A DNA stretch of 64,000 nucleotides from Lingula anatina. Taxonomy: Eukaryota; Animalia; Brachiopoda. The stretch's first letter is position 1, and each line of letters begins with the position of its first letter. The stretch is taken from the NCBI GenBank assembly GCA_051362555.1, contig CM120643.1:29826848-29890847 (forward strand), in the 5' to 3' direction. Made by a program: the position numbers and the translations under genes. Below the pieces are notes generated by a model. That model was not told the DNA's origin and searched no databases. It worked only from the letters and a program-made list of their open reading frames with translations. Below are positions 38,300 to 52,754 of this stretch, piece after piece.

Positions 38300-41200
38300 T
38301 TGTTTTAAGTAGAAGACATTGGCAAAACAGTTAGTTGAGAGAAATGACATGCCTTGTAACGACTTCAGTCTAAATATCCTCTTAACAAAAATATGTATGT
38401 GCGGTATTCTTTTTACGTTTTATGTCGTGGACCGTGACAAAACTGACAGATACTCAAGGACAGTATTTTTCTAATGTATGAACTGTAAGAAAAAGTAGAA
38501 AAGCTTAAAGTTGACGACAGTAGTTTAAACAACGAACACGAACTTGGTACGTGTGTCACACTGTGGAAGAGGATGAAGTGTCACGTTCACAGACGTAGTA
38601 GTAAGCATTCAGGTACAGCCATCAAAACCATTTCTAGTTCGTACAAATAAATTCTAAACTAAATCAAATATACAAAATGAAACTATGGAAAAAGGATGAA
38701 AGCTGATTGACGGGGTGACGTTTTATCCCAGAGGTAGAACTACGGTGACATGAAATGCATTTATTTAAAGGGTGGAGGCGCTCTCTCTAAGCTCCTTGAA
38801 AGTAATAGTTTACACAACATCGTTAGTTACGCAACTCACCCTATCAGCACAATGAAGGAAAACAGCCTGATAAATGTTGTGTTAAGCGCCTAATGAGCGT
38901 CTCTCAGTCCGCAGTCCATGTACAGAAGTCATGCTGAGCGGGAACAGTGGCAGTGAAATATTGTTGTTACATGTACAGTACCCGCGGGGCTAGGGCGGAG
39001 CGATTTTATGAAAATTAAATGTCTTTTCTTTATTGTAGAATCGCACATTAGAGGAATCCGAGTTTTTCATTTTTTTCTATATACTGTTATACAACACAGC
39101 ATAGAATTCTATATTAATAACACGGAAATGTGCTAGTAAATAGTGAAATACTTCACACTGGAAGACCCATTCCAAAAATTATCAATGCCAACCGTTTAAG
39201 TGAACATTCACCATTTACTTTAAACCGATACTAATATTGAAATAGGATAGGTGCTCCATAAAAAAGGCACAATTATTCCCCAGTGACGTGATAATGACGT
39301 GACTTCAGGTGGTTGTTTACTCCATCTCACGCCTCCCTGCTCCATTATACAACCACCAATAGTGCAGCTTGGTCTTTGTTCAACAACGCACCACACCCAA
39401 CCCCGGATACCGGCATTGTTCACCTTTAGCTGCGGCTTTGAAAGACACTCCTTTTAAATTTACATGAGTTTTTTGTTAAATGTAAAGTAACTAATTTTTT
39501 ATTAAAAGGCATAAAGAAATCGATGTTAGTGTTTATTGTGTATTCAATGCGTTAAACGTAGAAGTAAACGGCAAGCAAGGTTTTATTTACGACAGCAAAT
39601 AATGCCTGTATATCGACGTAGTGTTTGCACATTCACACGTGTGCTAAATAAAAGTATGAGTATTCACTGTTAGCAATGTGTGGATAATGAATGGTGTTCT
39701 AACAACAGGTAACGGGTAACCACTGCTAGACAGTCATCGTGACGGGGACAGTTTTAAATGGAGAAATAAAAGACGCAGATATCGTTTAAACCTCACCGGA
39801 CATCCGGGCCTCGAGACTCCCCGCCCTAGAGGTTATCCATGGGCTGAGAACTAGACTCATCTCACTGTATTAATATACACCAGTAGCCTGGGGGGGGGGG
39901 GATCAACCAAATATAGTTGATTTCTCATCAATTTTTTAAAGATTGAATAAAAACAAAAGTAATTCAAACATTCTAATGCGGTTGAAGAGGAGGGAGGCAT
40001 ACCCGATTTACCGAAAGTTGATCGTTTGTGTTTGATAATTTACTGGTATTAATTTTTTTTAAATCCGTTTTGACATTTCACTTTAATCTAGGACACTGAG
40101 GGCTCTTAGTTAAGTTGACACAAGATTACAACATCACAAGTGCCGCAGTCTTGTTCCGCCAGTGAGCTCGCATGAACATACATCGTGTCAAGTTAGTCCA
40201 AACCAAGGAGTTATAACTCCTTGTTCAAACCAAATTGTTCTTATCTTACTTTCTTTTTCAAAGTTTGATCCCTCACCTGCAGTGTTTATCTCACTACACG
40301 ATGGTTACCGGTCTAAACAGCTTAACTCCGAGACGCAACCCAAGACGGAGTTTTTTAGAAGTGAAACGACGATTAATATTTATGAGTCATGGGTTCGTTT
40401 TATTAATCCTTCGAATTCCTTTATTGCAAATCAAACTGTGTTCTTATCAAAATACTTTTTACTACAGACCAATCCCATCTCTTAACTGATACGGTTTACG
40501 TTCATGATGATTACTACACAAGCATCTGTTTGATACTATTTTATGTTGGTGGTCGGTGATTTTTTAGGGAGAAGTGGTGATAACGTGCAAAGTTTAGACA
40601 TTTGAGAAGATAGATCTTGCTCAAAAGTGTACACAATGGGCGTAGTCAAAAGACTTACTTATACAATGTCTTCGATAAGAAATTCAAATAAGTTACTTTT
40701 ATTTTACAGAATGTCCACGTGACGCGAACCCCCTTTCCCGGCTTCCCCCCGATAGTAGCAGGCCGAACCGGCATTTCCCTCCATGCGGCGTCAGAAGGAG
40801 AGACGTTATTTTCAGAGAGTCGCAAATTCAAGGAAATTACAAGATGAAAATAGCAAAGGGATAACAAAGAAGTAAATAAGTTCCATAGAAGGTAAGTGGA
40901 CCGTGTCTGTGTGTGTAAGAGCGGAGTGGATGTTAACGGTTATAACTCTGAGAGCGGTAAATGACCGCCATTCGCATTGCTAACTACGACTTGCCAATGT
41001 TGAACTTGACAAAACGAAAGATATTGATTTTTACTGAAATAACTCGTGTTTCTCATTTTCCGCTACAGAAATGAAATTCCCTCTTAATTAGCATTTAAGC
41101 GATCAACAATAAAAGAAAAATAAATTTAAAATTAGTTTTATTCAGAGTGCATACAAGTATTTGCCTGTCACTCGTTACTGTTATAGAGGAGGGTGAGGTC

Positions 41201-43294
41201 AGAAAACGTGGAGGGAGAAAACACAAAAAAACCGGTTTTATCTTTATACATTCACATCGAGCACAACTCCATCTTTTCATCTATAAGGAAGGGACAGATT
41301 TCGGCTAATTAAATTATTAATGTAAGGATCATATACTAGATCTATAAGAAAGGTACAAATTTCGGCTGGTTTTTATTGAATGTAGTACAGCTTGAACGCT
41401 GTAGCGTTCAAAGAATCTGCGAAAAAAGCGAGAGAATATCTGCATATCTGAACTTCTGGAAAAATGACTGCACTTAATGAAGTTGATGTCAACTGCGACA
41501 CAAGATTTCTCATATCGCTGGCAGGTTTTATGTCATTTACTGAATTCTTCATGTAACCCTGCTGCCCTTGTTTGGACAACCTAGGCATATATACACTATT
41601 AGTAGCCAGACTTAAGCCTGCCTTATGTATGGGGCCTTACAACCACTTCAAAGATTCCATACAATTCTTAGGCTTGATGTTTAAAATCATAACATTTGCA
41701 GGTCCTCTGTGTGAAAATATTGTTATTTTCGTGTCCCTACTAGAAGGCGAAGGGCAGGGCGGGCCGTGGGGGCCGCCACCCTCTGGAACGTGCTCCAATC
41801 TGGAGTGTGTTGACTTTTTAAATTATGCGAACCGAATACATAGTTACCACATTACAATGATTCTATTCTAGACAGGGTAATGTAGAATAACAAGGCTTTT
41901 GTGATAGTTTGTAACTGTGTTAACAATTCAATATTTGTTTTTATTACAATAAATGGCATTTCGTTGCAGATACCAGGCGTATAGGGTGCCTGCAGCTTTA
42001 GCTAGAATATAATAATAATAATAATATAATAAGTTTATTCAATTTTTTCAGAGCACGACCGCCCATTATTATATAGTATTGATTATGACTACTTAAAGCC
42101 GGTAAAATGTATCTGTCAAAGTAATTATATTAATTGACTTATTAAATTGAAAAAGTCGTGTTATAGATGTATGTGGAGCGCAGGCAGGCGAGCAGCGGCA
42201 CACTTCGTGAAGAAAGAACACTTGTTCTGTTTACTCAGGCTACTTGTGGACGACGTTTTTACATCTTAAGTTAAAACATTCAGTTAATTAAATATTTTGT
42301 GAGGTTATTTTCTGTACTACTGGCGTGGAGAAATAACCACACCCCTGATTAGCCGGAGACTAAAAATTAGACCCATACGAAAGGGTGTTTTACAGTAAAT
42401 AAATTGCGTGGCTTTTGGATTAATTCACGACCTGAGCCATGTTAAGTATAAGTATGACATATTTTGTGGAGCAGTGCAGATTTTACATCGAATGTTCCAA
42501 GAGGCTATATGGATATCACGGTAAAAAGTGTGCACGGTGATTTCAGTATTCCCAGTACGACAACCGGCTACTGGTCATAGTGTGTAATACCAGGACTGTA
42601 CACAGTGCGTGTTTGTCCTCAGCACACTTCACATTGGATACAGAAATCTATAGCCCATAGTTTACTGTGGGTGTGGTCGCTTGAGTCCCACCCATAATAG
42701 ACCTGAATACAACCAGTTTTCTATGCAGTATCAACACTAGTCAATAGAAAGGTGGCTGTGTGACACAGTGGTCGATGAGGTCGAGTGTCAGAGGACAGGT
42801 GACACTATACAGTGTATTAAGTCCCGGTACCGACCTCTGTGTGTGCAGCTGACAAATAGAAGCTGATTGATTTTATTGATCATGTTCGCAATCACGATAC
42901 ACGACCTAAAACGGCGTGCAATAGCTTAAAGACTTTGAAAGAAGGCAGTGAAATTAATCATATAAGTCAATGCTGCAAATGTTGCATAAGTTGAGTTGCA
43001 CTAGGAGCTACCGGTGATTATATAGAGCTATAATTATAGCAGAATTCCTAGCCATTATTAGTTGAAATTGTTCGATCTCAAGCCGGAGCAACACGCGGTG
43101 TGAAGTGTACTTGCATGTTAATATCTGTGAACGGTGCACAGAACATTTAGCCCCATCCTCCCCGGGCGGTCACTGCAGGACTTGTCGCATGCTGACCAGT
43201 GTCCATCTCATGTAATCAGAGTTAATGGACATGTTGTGGGTGTGTAAAGAAGCCCTGTATGCAAAATAATAATAATAATTATATATATATAAGG

Positions 43295-43297
<3 letters not shown>

Positions 43298-43351
<54 letters not shown>
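43298..43351. repeat. (AT)n microsatellite
   Basis: Read directly. Confidence 0.95.
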
Positions 43352-43354
<3 letters not shown>

Positions 43355-44174
43355 CACATTTTCCACGACGCTATGCTATCTGTTGAACGACGATGTTCAT
43401 ACATAATAAAGTGCATTAACGGTATATTAACGATGTATCACATTTCTGGGGTCAGAAACAAATATTATTCCAGATAATTTGAAATTAATTTTTCATTTCA
43501 TTCTCACTTGATAGCCAAAGTGAATAAAAGGTCTTGGATTTGGCTACACCCCCGTTAGGTATTATTCTAAAAGTTCATAACCTGATTTCTTTTTTCATTT
43601 CTGCTTGTTTCCGGGTAAAAATGTAGGTAGCACCGGACATGCGAAATCAACATACCCGCCAATGAATTAATGTGAAGGGCCATCTCTGATTCTGTTTTCC
43701 AATACTGTTTTGTGTGTTAGTGATTAATAAAATCATATGAATTGGAACTTTTTAACTTTTAATGTCAGAAGTCGAAGTAATAATCTTATTAAAATGACAT
43801 AGACACACGGCTGTCACACTGGTAATGAACGCCTGTAGATTAATTATTCTCCGGTTGTAGTAGAATTAGTTCACAGAGAACATGCGCGCAAAATCGATGC
43901 ATTTGTTTTAGACCACTTCTGCGAACTTATTGTGAAATGTTGTGGCAACCGGACCAGGAAGTAAAATTGCAAAGCGGCAGGGGTCCAAGTTTGGACAAAA
44001 CGTTCTTTTTAACACAATGCTTAAACATTTGATATAATATACAATAACCTGGGTTACGTAAATGTTTGTTTTTGATACAATGCTAAAATATTGAATATAA
44101 AATACAATAATCTTACTTTCTTATGACTTGGCGCAGAGCGTTCTTTTTGGAACTACACGCATGTCAAGTGTGAC

Positions 44175-44568
44175 AACTAGGTCTTAATAAACAATAGGGT
44201 GACAAGATTGAAATAGTTTACAAACAAACAAACATGTAAATAACTAGGTCTTAATAAACAATAGGGTGACAAGATTGAAATAGTTTACAAACAAACAAAC
44301 ATGTAAATAACTAGGTCTTAATAAACAATAGAGTGACAAGATTGAAATAGTTTACAAACAAACAAGCATGTAAATAACTAGGTCTTAATAAACAATAGGG
44401 TGACAAGATTGAAATAGTTTACAAACAAACAAACATGTAAATAACTAGGTCTTAATAAACAATAGGGTGACAAGATTGAAATAGTTTACAAACCAACATG
44501 TAAATAACTAAGTCTTAATAAACAATAGGGTGACAAGATTGAAATAGTTTAGAAACAAACATGTAAAT
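44175..44568. repeat. 67-bp minisatellite, about 6 copies
   Basis: AACTA(G/A)GTCTTAATAAAC at 44175, 44242, 44309, 44376, 44443 and 44506; the last units lack one CAAA. Confidence 0.97.
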
Positions 44569-44654
44569 TTATACACCGTGTTGTATTGTAGGATAAAACG
44601 TTTTAAATTTCAAGCATTGTAGCGTTAGCTTGCAAGAGAGCGGAGATGTTATCA

Positions 44655-44947
44655 TTATCATACCCTTCTTCGAAGAAACGAGACTGGTATATCACTTTGC
44701 ACATGTTGGTCAATAGGTCGGTCCATTGGTCGATCTGTCACCAACACTTTTTCATTCAATAGATGGTTAGGTCTATGGTCCTCTTATTTGGTAGGAAGGT
44801 TTGCCATCAGATGTACATAATGCCTGTTGGTTTTGAGGTCAGCAGGTTAAAGTGCATGGTCAGATTGACCTACAACACAAAACATTGACCAGCAAATAAA
44901 TACAAATCGATTTTGGGGCATCTGTGTTAGACAAATACCTCTTCTGA
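44655..44947 (+). mobile_element. Degraded Helentron-associated (HINE/DINE-like) interspersed element
   Basis: 5' TACCCTTCTTCGAAGAA...GGTATAT..CTTTGCACATGT, a decayed GGTC microsatellite, a TTTTGAGGTCA core and 3' GGGGCATCTGTGTT..ACAAA..CTCTT. This resembles mollusc non-autonomous Helentron elements as I remember them; not searched. Confidence 0.5.
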
Positions 44948-47397
44948 GATCACAATCTTCAAACACCTTCACACAGCCTGTACACCTTGAAAATTGACGG
45001 ATCTTTAGTACGTAGAAAGAGCACTCGTGTTGTATTTTAAATGTCCCCAGTATACCAAAATAATATTTTAACTGATTTAAACATTCATTTTAAGTAATTG
45101 TCATGTAATTTTAGTTCATGCGTTTTACAATGAAATCAATTTAGGTCTTATTATGCTATCCGACTCTGCCACTTTGCAGGTTGCACTGGTAAGTTTTAAA
45201 GAGCCATGCATGACTGATTCAATCGTGAGTCAAATATAAATTGAAGGTAAAGCTGTAACAAGATTGGATTTCTTTATAAAAATGATAATAAACTTTTAAC
45301 CTTTCGTGACACTCCACAAAAACGTTTAAATCAGGGTCCCACTGAATTGATATCGAATCCTATGTTTCTCATTGTGTAACACTGCCGTGATCAATCTTCA
45401 ACTAGTTATCAAATCTTATCTGACGCATACATTGTAAGACAAGGTGAAGTTCGGTGATCGTTTTTTTAAAACAAAATAGAGTAGGGGCACTTTGCATATC
45501 TCTAGCGTTCTATACATATTTGCCTGGCTTTACCATACCTGCGCCTTGGGCCCAACCCTTCTACTGTGTACGTGGAGCAGGTACACAGGTCTGATACTAC
45601 TGTCTGTAGCCAGACACATCGCAACAAATAAACATAAATAAAATAAAATAAATAAAATAAAAAATAAATAAAAGGATAAATAAATGTTAATGAAAACAAA
45701 TAAACAAAGGACACTTAATTTGTTCAAAGAAGTAAGAAATACAGGTAACTAAAATATAACGGCCCATTGACAACAGTATCACCATTAAATGGCGCGACCT
45801 CTGCAGTAATAGCCTGAAGTTGATGGGAGCTTGCCTAGCTTTCTCCGTCTTTTTTCACCGACTTTTGATCACATTGGTAGATGGAAGTGCGCACTGCAGA
45901 TTAAGCTACCCTAGGAAGACATAATTTAATAAAGGATGTGTGTAAAAAGAAGAAGAAAAAAAACGTCAGTTAACTTAATTAGTTAATTAATCGGTAAGAA
46001 AGTAAAGTATCTATACACATCTTAGGATTTTTATTGAAATAACATTGTCATAAAACTGGTGATGAATGCAAGCACTGGTAAGGAAGTTTTCATATTTCGG
46101 GTACCCCTTTTAAGCTTTATCTTTTATTTCGTTTTATTGTTAATTTATTATACCTTTTACTGGTCGTAGATCGAAGTCCTTTTTTTTCCAATCTATGATA
46201 GATTAGTCTGGATCCACATTCTTCTGCATGGAAACCCTCGGCAGCCGTGACCAGCCAATAGCAAAATAACGCAATAAGTTTAATACATCCCTTAGGAGGG
46301 TTTGTCAAGTTGGATAAAAAGGAAAAAAGGACAGTTTCGACACCCAGGCTATTAGCAGTACCTTCTATGAAATATAAATAAATGCTAAAGACTAGCTCAT
46401 CGTAATTCAGTGTTACGTACGATATACGCAGAGCCTACCAGCGGGCATTTTCTGAAAAAAAAAACGAAAAAAAACGGTGCACAATTATAAAATGAAATAA
46501 TACATCAAAAGTAAAAAGAAACAGTAAAATTGGACACGACCAGAGACATATTGGTGGAGTAGTCCTATGGTAAGGTCACCAGGGCAGGGAGCAGTCCTGT
46601 CATGTGATACCACCAGGGTTTTCAGGGGGGTTTAAACAGGATTGTCAAAATGGCTGAGGAGAATTAAGACTATGAATTGTGAAGATAGACTTCATGTGCT
46701 CTCTGGTGCGCTAGAAGTTTGTTACGATATAGCTAATATTTTAATTTTGTAAGCTATTAAAGAAGCCCCTGATATCAGAGTGTAGACGTCAGGCGATGTG
46801 TAACGTGACAGTAACCAACGTGTATCAATCCCCTCTCCTACCGCCATGTCGTATGGAATGATCGGGTGGTGTGAAGATTTGCTTGACAGCATTCAGTTTT
46901 CTTTAGAATTATTGAGGAAGGACATCGACAATCATACATGTTCTATAGCAAAGATCACTTTGATTCTCTCTCCTGACCCTCGGCTAACTGGCCATTTCAA
47001 CTTGACCGGCAGGTTGAACCCAATTGTGTCATTTTTGTTTTTGTTTTATCTAAGTTGCTTATCTATTTTACGTTGTTCTGAACCCGTGAAAAGGGTGTAA
47101 TAGTTCGATGCTATAGATTATGTCCACACCACACTTGATTAGGTCGGAGTTTTACTAAAGCTCCTGGGCTGAATTGACGCATTCAAGCGTAGTTTTGTTG
47201 ATCAGGTAATACTGGAGTTATAAAGGCAACGCCCAGTGCTGGATTGGCTTGGCTTTTATTAATGTTGTGGTATGTTGAAGCCAAGCTATTCATGGAGAAG
47301 AATGCCACCTATTTCAATGAGGGTTTACTCATAAGACGACCGTGATAGCCCCTTGGGAACTGTGCTACAGAGAGGCACACTCTGTCCCTTTAACGGG

Positions 47398-47400
<3 letters not shown>

Positions 47401-47443
<43 letters not shown>
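47401..47443. repeat. (TG)n microsatellite
   Basis: Read directly. Confidence 0.95.
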
Positions 47444-47445
<2 letters not shown>

Positions 47446-48384
47446 TCTTAATAACTTCTTGGTTGCTGCGACCACCGCGGTGCTCATGACAATGCCGTCG
47501 ACTTTAGATCGATTTCTAGGAAGGTGTTTTAAAATAATTGCAATAAATTATAGTTGTTCCCCGCGACTTTCTGTGTTAAAGAAAGGGGGTGAATAGAATT
47601 CATTGTAGATTCAAATGATCACACCCTAGAAATTTGGGGGTTTCAGTACCAAACCCCGAATTTTATCCACTTTGCCCTGAGCAGGCAGATCATGATTTAT
47701 TCCATCAACATTCCGCACATTAAGTTCGTCTATAAGAGAACATGCTAGATCAAGAAAATGCTAATCTGCCATTGATGATTCTAAGCGACTTAATCCTCCC
47801 TAAAATATACTCATTTTTTGTTAATTGTTACTGTTAATCAAGAGGCTCCACGTAGTCAATAGAGACGTGTTTCTGACCGGGGCTGTGAGACGCTAGACGC
47901 AGGAAGGTTTGCAGATAGTCTTCACGTGTATTAGACGTGTTTAATGGACGGCTTGGCGCCTTGGCTGTCCACTGGGCAGTGCTTGGACACGACACGCCCA
48001 AACGGGGGAGAGTCCACGTGCAAGCGCACGGAGTGACCAGTGCCAAGGCCGCCTGTCCGTCACGGTGACCAACACTCAACAGCACAGTTTGTCTGTATTA
48101 TGTAAAATGTCGCTGAGAATTCGATCATGAATACAATGTCATGGTCTGGCGTGGGCAGTTTGGGACTTGGGTCAGTTATCCTGTCTGAGAGCATGTCCAC
48201 CTCACTTGCACCAGTCTTATTCAACTCTCAAGCCACATTAAGCAGGGGTCAACCAATACGATAACAATGCGGCCAGTGGTCAACCAGCTCATACCCCTGT
48301 CCACTGTACAGTACACGTACCCTCTACCAGGGTCACAATGGGGTTTTCACCAGAGATTCACCGATATGTCTCTGACTTAGACTG

Positions 48385-48675
48385 GATTCCCAAGCCTAGC
48401 TGGACAGTTCTCGGACACGACAGCACATAAATCCCCATGGGGATTCACGATACATTGCTATCAACTTAAGGGCCTTAAATGTCTGTCACGCCTACCGAAT
48501 CAGCCAGGGGGTAATTAACTTTTGCGCTCGCTCTGCCTCCGATAGTTAATTACCCCCTAATAAGAGCTTCAGTAGACGCGACAGACAGTTAGGCCGCTTA
48601 AGTTGATAGCAATTTAGTGAGAATCCCCTTGGAGATAGATCGATCCAAAGTTAGTACGATAGGCTCTGGGAATGG
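48385..48675. mobile_element. Foldback/palindromic MITE-like element, about 290 bp
   Basis: Inverted arms ATTGCTATCAACTTAAG/CTTAAGTTGATAGCAAT and AGGGGGTAATTAACT/AGTTAATTACCCCCT around a loop of about 22 nt; outer ATTCCCA/TGGGAAT. Confidence 0.8.
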
Positions 48676-49119
48676 TTCTTTATCCATGATACGATTCGCG
48701 CTTGAGAGTGCACGTACTTATTCTGCGGCCGACTTTAAGTGACAGTACGGGTGTTTACCTCAGGTGTGCTTGCAAGGTACAAAGAAAGAGACAAAAGGGG
48801 TAAAAAAAAATACATCACGATAAACATCCCCTATGATATTGTGCATTATTCTACTGACGCACAGCTTTGAGCATTGAATAAAATGTGATGACATGAAACC
48901 CTAAAATTACACAGAACTAATAAACTATTTTCAGCACGTCTGTTCCGTAGTTTACCTGTTTACCAGCAGATTTTACCTGTCTTCTCTGTCAACATATCAC
49001 TTACCTGTACGTTTTGTGTCAACTAGTTAATACCGGTTTGTGTACCAATGGACAAGGTACCAAACAAACATTACTTCACTCACGGCAAGGCGGGGCAGGC
49101 TCAAAAAAAACAAAAAAAA

Positions 49120-49447
49120 TCATGACAAAATTAGAGGTCTCCTCCAACATTCACCGAAATAACGTTGTCATATAAAAACACTCAATATGAATCATGACAG
49201 AAATTCATGACAGAATTAGAAGTCTCCCCAACATTCAGCAAAATAACGTTGTCATATAAAAACACTCAATATGAATCATGACAGAAATTCATGACAGAAT
49301 TAGAAGTCTCCCCAACATTCACCAAAATAACGTTGTCATATAAAAACACTCAATATGAATCATGACAGAAATTCATGACAGAATTAGAGGTCTCCCCAAC
49401 ATTCACCAAAATAACGTTGTCATATAAAAACACTCGGTATGAATCAT
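49120..49447. repeat. 84-bp minisatellite, about 4 copies
   Basis: AACGTTGTCATATAAAAACACTC at 49161, 49245, 49329 and 49413. Confidence 0.96.
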
Positions 49448-51415
49448 AAGCAGTCTAATCAGACGCTATCATGCGCCATTTTTACACGAATTTTTTACAC
49501 GAAGAAAGACTTGTTTCAGACAAAGTTTTCCTTTGTCTAAGTGAGCTACTACAAATTTCCCTAGCACTGAAAAAGACAACAAATTGGTCTAAAAGTAATT
49601 TTGGAAACTCTGGCGGTCTCCACTGTAGTAGGATAACCACTTAAGTCTCTCTAGGAAGTATAAAAGCAACAAACTAGACTGATAGTAATTTAAGTCGTCT
49701 TATCATTTGATATCAACTAAATATTGCAGCGTGTACCTGTATGAACACGAAAGAAGTCAGTTAAACTTGAAGCGAAAGATGTATGTTAAAGCTTTTGTTT
49801 AGAAGTATCACTGAGAAAATATAGCGTCCGAGAACGCGTCGCTCCTAGGTATAAAAATATCCAACCGACATAAACAAGCTGGTATGTAACTACAACACAG
49901 TGCTAGGATCAGGGGTGTGCGTATAAAATAAGACATTAAATATCTGAAGTGACATCAACACAAAAGGTAACGGGTATGCATATCACCTGAAAGGTTTTTA
50001 AATCACATCTGTCAATACTTCACTATTTTATTGTAGAGAACCACCCACTTCCATAACATAGAGCACGGCACTGTTCCGATGTTTATAATCCTATATGATC
50101 AACGGTTTGGTTTATTTATTTATTATTCCCTAAGAAACGGGTGCGTCCTCCAGTCTTTCATTGTCTGGGGCAGAGATGTGGTTGTATAAGCCAGTATCCC
50201 GGGGACTGCAGGGGTTAAAACGATGTACACACTTCCTCAGACACGCACTTCATGTTGACTTAGCACCTTTTAGCACCAAAACATCGACAATTGATGTCAT
50301 AAAAGCGATAGGTTAATATAAGCGTCATTGTGGTAACTGAGTACAGCGCCACGGTCATGTTAGCATTTTTATGCCAAATTGGGCGATTTCTTAAAAGCAT
50401 TTGAGTGTCTTTCACTTTACAATTAATGAAATGATGCACGTGACATGCACCATAAGAGCAGCAAAGAAGAACATTTCTCCCAAAACTCTTAGTAAACATG
50501 AAGAGTTTCCGATGGTTTTTGCAATGCTGAACTGCAAAGTGACCTGAGCGCTGAGTTAGCAAAGAGTGAGCGGGTCTGTTTTCATCCCAGACAATGTACA
50601 TCACTGGAGAACGATTATTTAAAATCCATTTGTGAAACAGTTGGCGGCTAGTCACGTTTCTCTTTAGTAAGGACCGTTTAAGTCAACAAACAAAATGAAA
50701 AGGAATGCGTGTAGGAAGAGCGGTTTTGTTTACGGACGTCACAGTGCGCGTGTGGGGTGTGGCATCAACATTCAAGGACAAACAGATCAGAAAAATGATG
50801 AAATAGGTAAAGGGTCGTTTGAAACGTTTTTCGATAAGCGCAAGTTCGTTTTACGACGTTTTACAATTGGACAAATAATTCTTCGTCTAAAGAAATAAAA
50901 AAATATGTTCAAGGTTGTCCGTGTATTGTAGATAACAAATCAATTTCTTATCACAGCGTTCTTTTTACATGTAAAACTGTCACATGTTTGATGTCTTACC
51001 TACAACTAGGCCTTAAATAGCATGTTTCAGAAAAGTTTAGCATTGGTCGCTCTGTCATTAATTGTAACAATCTTATTGGTCGTCCAGGATAACTGTAGTT
51101 GAAGCCATTATGTCACCGTACACTGAAAGTCTGTCAGAGCCCTAGCTGTGCCTGTGGAAAACTCCAGAATGATATAATTTGTAACATTAGTCAGGTTTCA
51201 AACTTGTGATTGTATCTACAGTGATTGGCACTGACAGTGGACCATATTTAATGGTATTGTATCGAAAGTTTGAAAATAAAGTTTGTACATTTATTATTTC
51301 ATGATATCTATAATTTCCTAGAATTGTATTCATTCCTATATTCTCCTCATGACAAATTATTTTATCTTTGTTGTAGCCAAGCCTCCGTATTGAAGTGAGG
51401 CTTATAGTGTTTGAG

Positions 51416-51482
51416 ATGAAGACAAGCGGACTTAGCATCACTGTAGCGACATACTTGTGTAGCCTGTTGATACTGAGTTCAG
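51416..51482 (+). CDS. Signal-peptide exon of the giant mucin-like gene
   Basis: Acceptor TTTATCTTTGTTGTAG (AG 51375-51376), ATG 51416, MKTSGLSITVATYLCSLLILSS + G, strong donor CAG|GTAAGA (phase 1). Joined to 53685 it gives ...LLILSSVSEG/TTIEPS, a plausible S-E-G cleavage site. Confidence 0.75.
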
Positions 51483-52105
51483 GTAAGATACACCATAATA
51501 CTAGCCCCATCTCATCTTCATCATTAGTCTGAACTTTTCACTTTCTACACACTATTGAAGCAGAGTACCTCAGAAAGCTTTCGGTGACTTTGTGATCTCC
51601 CTCAGTGGATGTTATTATGAGACTGATATCAGTATTGTGTAGAAAGTGAAACTATTAACTTATTATCTACGCAGATGAATTCCATCAGAACCCCACTTTA
51701 TCTTGTCTCTCCAATCTAGTATTTGTCCGAGTGATATCCCAACTGCTCTGCTTTGTACAATTGTTTATCTGCACCTCACTGCACACCTCTAGAACGCTGG
51801 TCAGTTTGCACAACTTCAAGGACACGTGTTACACACAACTGCACCATAAAAGGGCGACTTTGCCAATTCTTGTTTTTTACTCAAAACTGTATGAAGCTGA
51901 AAAGTTAAAATTTTATTGCATGCATTAACGGGCGTGAAATTCATAAGGTAGTGTGTGTGTGTGTGTGTATTATCGGCCGCCAATGCCATCTATCTGCTTT
52001 ACAGTCAAATAGAACGATTACCTACAAAGAGCGGTTAATTCCACCAACATAAATGTCAATAGTTTTGGTTGTGGGTACACTAATATCTTCTGAATTAAGC
52101 ACCAT

Positions 52106-52247
52106 CCCAGCAAACACATAACGTAATTATAACGTTAACATAACGTTTATTTTACAAATAAAAAATAAAGAAAAACGTTATGGCCACGTTATGGTAACGT
52201 TATGGTGTTGTTATGGTAACGTTATAAAACGTTCCATGTTTGCCGGG
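52106..52247. mobile_element. Small non-autonomous DNA element with CCC termini (EnSpm/CACTA-like), 2-bp TSD
   Basis: CCCAGCAAACA ... TGTTTGCCGGG with AT on both flanks. Subterminal arrays of ATAACGTT (left) and AACGTTAT (right) face each other. Confidence 0.75.
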
Positions 52248-52316
52248 ATTTACTATCATTAGGATGATGGACTTTAGATGAAATTCTCGTCATTGCTGCT
52301 TCAGCTGCGTTCTAGC

Positions 52317-52485
52317 ATGAGCAGGATTGAACCCCCTCATAGGCGTGGGAGGAGGCCCGCTAAGAGAAGCAGGACACCTAGGACTATACTTAATCTGTTT
52401 GCTTACTGGGTAATTTTACCCTTGTTGCTTACCTCACTCCCCCTGTCCTGCTGTGTTCCTGCGAAAAACAGCTTCCCAACTCCTG
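52317..52485 (+). CDS. Candidate alternative first coding exon of the mucin (basic N-region plus hydrophobic signal/anchor segment)
   Basis: MSRIEPPHRRGRRPAKRSRTPRT-ILNLFAYWVILPLLLTSLPLSCCVPAKNSFPTP + G, donor CTG|GTACGT in phase 1, compatible with 53685. An upstream in-frame ATG is at 52278 and a possible acceptor CTTCAG ends at 52304. Confidence 0.4.
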
Positions 52486-52754
52486 GTACGTATGAGTGTA
52501 ACCCACATCTACCTATAACCATCTTACCGTCAATCACCTAGGAAACTATCAGTCTACGTCGATCAATCCAACCCTGCACTCAGATTAACTGAAAGACATG
52601 CCTTCTGTCGTTTCCAACATACTCCAATAGTCGACAGCTTTTCCTGTATTCTTCTCAACGGCAGGAGGAGGCGTGCCATTCTGACTGCATTCAGCAAGAG
52701 TCCTCGGAGTTAGATCGATCGATGAAGACTGATAGTTGCATTCTGAATGGGAAC

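Noticed and set aside
40710-40891. Exon-like segment with a good acceptor (TTTTACAG) and donor (AAG|GTAAGT)
   Set aside because: Stops in all three frames; at most a non-coding exon that I cannot assign.
3548-47596. ORFs containing HTHT, YYYY, NNNN, YIYI or CVCV runs
   Set aside because: Translations of microsatellites.
47834-48230. GC-richer, coding-looking stretch with short minus-strand ORFs
   Set aside because: No recognisable domain and no convincing exon boundaries.
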